Source of the DNA: a bacterium
GTDB lineage: Bacteria > UBA9089 > CG2-30-40-21 > SBAY01
Direction: 5' to 3'
Assembly: GCA_040755795.1 (NCBI GenBank)
Contig: JBFLXS010000002.1
Coordinates: forward strand, 5,109 to 69,108
Length of the DNA: 64,000 nt
Under the pieces are notes generated by a model. The model was not told the origin of the DNA, searched no databases, and saw only the letters and a program-made list of their open reading frames with translations. The position numbers were made by a program, and so were the translations under genes. Below, piece by piece: positions 61,001-64,000 of the stretch (within the stretch, counting starts at the first letter, position 1; each line of letters begins with the position of its first letter).

Positions 61001-64000
61001 ACGGCTATTAACTATTTTGTCATAAATCCAGAAATATACTCTGTAACTCCAACTCAAGGGACAGTTGGAACAATAGTTACCATTAAAGGTAGTGGTTACA
61101 GGCTAAGTGATGACATACAGATAGATTTCGGCACTACATTAACTATTATGGTTGCTTCTTCTAATGATGCAGGGACATTTACCGCTACCTTTACTATAGA
61201 TACTCAAGCCTACGGAACTACAACCATAACCGCCAAAGGTTCAGCAGTGGGAATAGCGGTGAATTACTTCAAGATAACTCCAGATGTATTTTTTGTTTCA
61301 CCAACAGAGGGCACCGTTGGGACAATAATTACTATTCGTGGTACAGGTTATGCCGGTGGTGAGACAGTAGATATTCATTTTGGCAGGGCTAAGACCATCA
61401 CCACAGCGTTAGTAGATGCACAGGGCACTTTCACTACTACCTTTACCATAGATACACAACCTTATGGAACAACTACAATTACGGGAGTTGGTCCCACCTC
61501 TTCGCAGGCAATTAATTACTTTAAGATATTATCAGAGATAGTTTCGGTTACTCCAACGGAAGGAACGGTAGGAACAATAGTTACTATCTGCGGAACTGGT
61601 TATAGAGATACAAAGAGAGTTTATATCCACTTTGGCACGACTAATACTATTACAACAACTACTTCAGATTATGAAGGTTCATTTACTACTACCTTTACCA
61701 TTGATACTCAACCTTATGGCACAACAACGATAATGGCAGTAGGGTCTCCACAGGCAATCAACTACTTCAAGATATTACCGGATGTTATCTTTGTCAGTCC
61801 AACATCAGGCACGGTTGGAACTATAGTTACTGTTCGTGGAACGGGTTATGCTGGCACAGAGGAAGTTTATATCCACTTTGGCACTACCAATACCATAACT
61901 ACTACCGTATCCGCTATACAGGGTAGTTGGACAACGACATTTACCATAGATACCCAATCTTATGGAACAACTACAATAATAGCCGTAGGATTAAAGTCAG
62001 GAGAGGATTATAATTACTTCTTTATAAATTCAATGACTTATCTAACTCCTTTACAGGGAACAGTAGGTCAGTTGGTAACCATAAGGGGTGAAGGTTATAA
62101 TGATGGAGAGACTATAGCTATACACTTTGGAGAGATTTTGACTATATGTACTGCACTGGTGGCTCAAGAAGGTTCATTTACGGCTATATTTACTGTTGAT
62201 ACTCAGATTTTTGGGACAAAGACAATAACCGTAGTAAGTGAGATTGAAACGAGAACTCATTTGTTTAAGATAAGAGGTGGAGTGATAGTATCGCCCAGAA
62301 GTGGAATAGTGGCGACACTTGTTACCCTGTATGGAACAGGATATGGAGCCAGTGAGCCAATCATCATAGGTTTTGGTGGTAATCCAACCATATCTTGTGC
62401 AACAACCTCTGATAATGGGACATTCTCAACGCAATTTATGGCTGATGTTCAGGTACCTGGTCCGGTGGTAATTACTGCCAGTGGTTTGATAACCGGTGAA
62501 GTAGCATCTACTACCTTTACGCTGGTCAGAATATTCTTAAATCCAAATGTTGGCTATGGACAAAAAGATGCAATTACTCTAATCTCAGGTAAAGGATTTA
62601 TGGAGGGAGCAACCGTAACTGCTAATTCTATTAAATTCAATGGTGCATTTACCGCACAACATCCCCCAATAACTATTCAACCAGGAGGTAATTTACCAAC
62701 AACTACTTTGACATTACCAGCGATGCCGTGGGGAACTTATACGGTTCATATGATAGTTTCAGGAGAGGAATTTGTATTTGCAGATAGTTATAGAGTTATA
62801 CCGCGGATTATAATGAATCCAGGTGCGGGTAGTGGTCAGACGGGTAATACAAGTACTATAACAGGTTCAGGATTCTATGGGACGACAGGTGGAACGACTA
62901 TACTAATGAATAGTATTAAGGTAGGTGGCAATCCGACTGAACATCCAGAAGTGGTTGTATCTGATGTGGGAACATTCTCAGTTACAGTTGCTCTGTCACA
63001 ACTTAACCAAGCAGGGGGTTATGCGGCAGATATTGTCCAGACTAAGGAAAATATAGGTTCATGGACATATAGATTTGAAAATGTCTATTATCGAACTTCA
63101 CCACCTCAGTTACGATGGACAGGAGAGTCTGGTTATACACAGGATGGACTTAATCCAGAAGAGGGTCTAAATACTACAATTTATACTTACCGTATAAGAT
63201 ATTACGATTTTGATAATGATGACCCATTACCTGGCTATCCAAAGGTGATTATTTATAAAGGTACTAATGTTTATGCTTCATTGACTATGACAAAGATAGA
63301 TAATTATCTACCGAGGTCAGCTCCACGATATGAAGTTCAAACAACCCTTCCAGATGGAATGTACTCCTATTATATTGTGGCGTATGATAAATGGGGAGCG
63401 CCAGCCAATGGTGTCTCAGGAGTATGGCGTGAGGGACCAAGAGTAGGACAATTCCCAACACTTAGATGGGTAGGCGCACCTGACTATATCAATACGGGTG
63501 TATCTCCAAAAGTTGGCTCTGAGGGAACGCTATTTAATTATCGGGTAGTGTATCGAGATTCAAGTAATCGGCCACCAGTATTTGGGACAAATAGCCCAAT
63601 AGTGATTATAGAAAAAGATGGATTACCCTATGCCACTTATACTCTGGGTACTATTTCCTTGCTGGGAGGAACTGCAACTCCTTATCGAGATGGTGTGATT
63701 TATGGTACTGAGACTTCTCTTCTGGTAAGAGGTTCATATACACATAGATTTAAAGTACAAATAGCCATAGGAACGGATACATTTATAGAAGCACAGGGAA
63801 CGCCAACATTAATCAATTCAGGACCGACAGTGGTAACCCTTCCATATCTTAGTTGGTTAGGAGCACTAGGATATACGGATGATGGCGTAGAACCCGATAT
63901 TGGACAGATAGGAGATATCTTTGAATTTAAGGTGAAATATACAGGTTCTACTGCACCTGAATTGATACGACTATATCTTATGAGTCAAAATGGAACAATT
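2..64000 (+). CDS. Internal fragment of a giant repetitive protein gene, partial at both ends, at least 21,333 codons in this window. It encodes tandem IPT/TIG-like Ig-fold domains (extender array) followed by a distinct distal domain module. Probably an extracellular or cell-surface fibrillar adhesin-like protein.
   Basis: Phase-2 reading frame on the + strand hand-translated with no stop codon. Checked in register at 68, 9983, 22022, 36485, 50051, 59942, 63842 and 63998 (all congruent to 2 mod 3). Every unit-length difference is a multiple of 3. The ORF track lists no phase-2 + strand ORF, as expected for a stop-free frame without an in-window terminus. Variation between units is mainly codon third positions and conservative substitutions. 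Neither start nor stop codon is in the window. Confidence 0.9.
22598..24601 (+). repeat. Higher-order repeat copy A (8 units) of the 22.1-28.1 kb block
   Basis: Begins with the PEIILISPKEG and QLTQVSPPQG marker units and ends with the ...GISFKGTVT unit. The next copy starts at 24602. Confidence 0.75.
24602..26359 (+). repeat. Higher-order repeat copy B (7 units)
   Basis: Same ordered succession of unit variants as copy A with one unit fewer. Nucleotide identity to A and C is visibly above 90%. Confidence 0.75.
26360..28140 (+). repeat. Higher-order repeat copy C (7 units). The last unit decays into the diverged units that follow.
   Basis: Same marker pair at 26360-26893. Carries a 3-aa in-frame insertion (HQDDDGLKVEG) in one unit. 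The array diverges after about 28140 (NIILITPTAGTVGRTITIAGNGFGATEKIQIDFG). Confidence 0.7.
28141..35340 (+). repeat. About 29 diverged IPT/TIG-like units, including atypical units with loop insertions (28.7-29.9 kb) and a degenerate unit at 30.84-31.0 kb
   Basis: Hand translation. Same motif skeleton, low inter-unit identity. Confidence 0.8.
35341..56000 (+). repeat. About 82 near-identical 252 bp / 84 aa units. Consensus ELWSVVLAEGTVGTIVTIRGTGYAANELVYIHFGTT(K/N)TITTTSAAIEGS(F/W)TTTFTIDTQPYGSTTITAVGL(N/S)SG(S/E)AINDFKILP. Includes embedded variant units and sub-HORs.
   Basis: Adjacent units, e.g. 38413-38664 vs 38665-38916, differ at only a handful of nucleotides. Antisense artefact ORFs (MPRIVTIVPTVPSASTTDHNSG...) recur with exactly 252-bp or 504-bp spacing (38251 and 38503; 39007 and 39259; 40239-end and 40743-end). 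Confidence 0.9.
56001..62040 (+). repeat. About 24 moderately diverged units related to the 35-56 kb family (..IRGTGYAG(T/L)EE(V/I)YIHFGTT(K/N)TITTTVS(D/A)IEGSWTTTFTIDTQPYG..), punctuated by 'ITPDLWYV(S/N)P..G.VRIDFG' and 'ITGGIRISPTTG..VFGNGYA.TEQVRVDFG' marker units
   Basis: Hand translation. Marker pairs at about 56010/56270, 57760/58020 and 60290/60520. Confidence 0.8.
62041..62527 (+). other. Two terminal, degenerate IPT/TIG-like units closing the extender array (INSMTYLTPLQGTVGQLVTIRGEGYNDGETIAIHFG... and RGGVIVSPRSGIVATLVTLYGTGYGASEPIIIGFGGNPTIS...)
   Basis: The motif skeleton is retained but strongly diverged. They are the last units carrying G-x-G-Y-x-x-x-E and F-T-V-D-T-Q-like motifs. 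Confidence 0.7.
62528..63091 (+). other. Two domains with a more classical IPT/TIG signature (RIFLNPNVGYGQKDAITLISGKGFMEGATVTANSIKFNG...YTVHMIVSGEEF and RIIMNPGAGSGQTGNTSTITGSGFYGTTGGTTILMNSIKVGGNPTEHPEVVVSDVGTFSVTV...)
   Basis: Pattern P-x-x-G-x-x-x-G-x-T-x-I-T-(L/I)-x-G-x-G-F ... (V/I)-K-(F/V)-(N/G)-G ... V-x-V, as in IPT/TIG/plexin-type Ig-like domains. Sequence family differs from the upstream array. Confidence 0.5.
63092..64000 (+). repeat. At least 3 copies (third truncated by the window) of a different repeat of about 120-130 aa: P-x-L-(R/S)-W-x-G-x-x-x-Y-x-x-x-G-(V/L)-x-P-x-x-G-x-x-x-T-x-(F/Y)-x-(Y/F)-(R/K)-(I/V)-x-Y-x-D...P ... (V/I)-x-(I/L)-x-x-x-G-x-x-Y-A. Unnamed beta-rich repeat, a candidate distal functional module.
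   Basis: Copy 1 at 63092-63451 (PPQLRWTGESGYTQDGLNPEEGLNTTIYTYRIRYYDFDNDDPLPGYPKVIIYKGTNVYASLTMT...). Copy 2 at 63452-63838 (FPTLRWVGAPDYINTGVSPKVGSEGTLFNYRVVYRDSSNRPPVFGTNSPIVIIEKDGLPYATYTLG...). Copy 3 from 63839 (LPYLSWLGALGYTDDGVEPDIGQIGDIFEFKVKYTGSTAPELIRLYL...). Confidence 0.6.

Noticed and set aside
2-62527. Interpretation as about 250 separate small paralogous genes in tandem (one domain per gene)
   Set aside because: There are no stop codons, start-codon contexts, ribosome-binding sites or intergenic spacers between units. Units abut in frame with conserved linker residues.
1-64000. Search for tRNA or rRNA genes, promoters, terminators, IS elements, inteins or inserted mobile DNA interrupting the array
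   Set aside because: None seen. The reading frame and the unit periodicity are continuous from 2 to 62527 without foreign insertions, and the remainder is still in frame. No inverted-repeat-flanked or transposase-like segment was recognised.

Overview
The whole 64 kb window lies inside one uninterrupted sense-strand reading frame on the + strand (codon phase = positions 2,5,8...), so it is part of a giant gene. The gene starts upstream of base 1 and continues past base 64000.

I translated the phase by hand along the window and found no stop codon. It stayed in register at spot checks near 10.0, 22.0, 36.5, 50.0, 60.0 and 63.9 kb. The six-frame track lists no phase-2 + strand ORF at all, which fits a frame that never hits a stop here. 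The window alone therefore encodes about 21,333 residues (over 2 MDa) of a partial protein.

About 62.5 kb of it is a tandem array of roughly 248 copies of an 83-84 aa (249-252 bp) unit. The consensus is approximately I-x-L-[VI]-[TS]-P-x-x-G-T-V-G-T-I-[VI]-T-[VI]-x-G-N/T-G-Y-G/A-A-x-E-x-[IV]-x-I-[DEH]-F-G-T-T-x-T-I-T-T-x-S-x-D-x-x-G-S-[FW]-T-T-T-F-T-[IV]-D-T-Q-P-Y-G-[TS]-T-T-I-x-A-x-G-L-x-S-x-x-x-x-x-x-F-x-I. I read this as an IPT/TIG-like Ig-fold (beta-sandwich) domain. It is the sort of unit that builds rod-like extender regions in giant surface adhesins and fibrillar proteins.

The array is not uniform:
- 2-22,090 and 28,141-35,340: diverged units.
- 22,091-28,140 (249-bp unit) and 35,341-56,000 (252-bp unit, about 82 near-identical copies): two strongly homogenized blocks with higher-order repeat (HOR) periodicities of 7, 8 and 10 units.
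- 56.0-62.0 kb: a more diverged echo of the second block.
- 62.0-62.5 kb: the array decays into two degenerate units.
- 62.53-63.09 kb: two more classical IPT/TIG-like domains.
- 63,092 to the window end: a different repeat of about 120 aa, at least three copies, with a W-x-G-x-x-x-Y-x-x-x-G-[VL]-x-P ... Y-R-V-x-Y-x-D ... P motif.

I see no rRNA, tRNA, CRISPR, mobile element or intergenic regulatory sequence. The window is entirely intragenic. GC content is low, roughly 40% by eye. All minus-strand ORFs and the + strand phase-0 ORFs in the supplied track are antisense or out-of-frame artefacts of the repeat.

The exciting object here is the gene itself. It looks like a micrometre-scale repetitive Ig-domain fibre protein with a recently expanded, recombinationally active extender array and a distinct distal module. 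The organism, the secretion route and the true copy number cannot be determined from this window.
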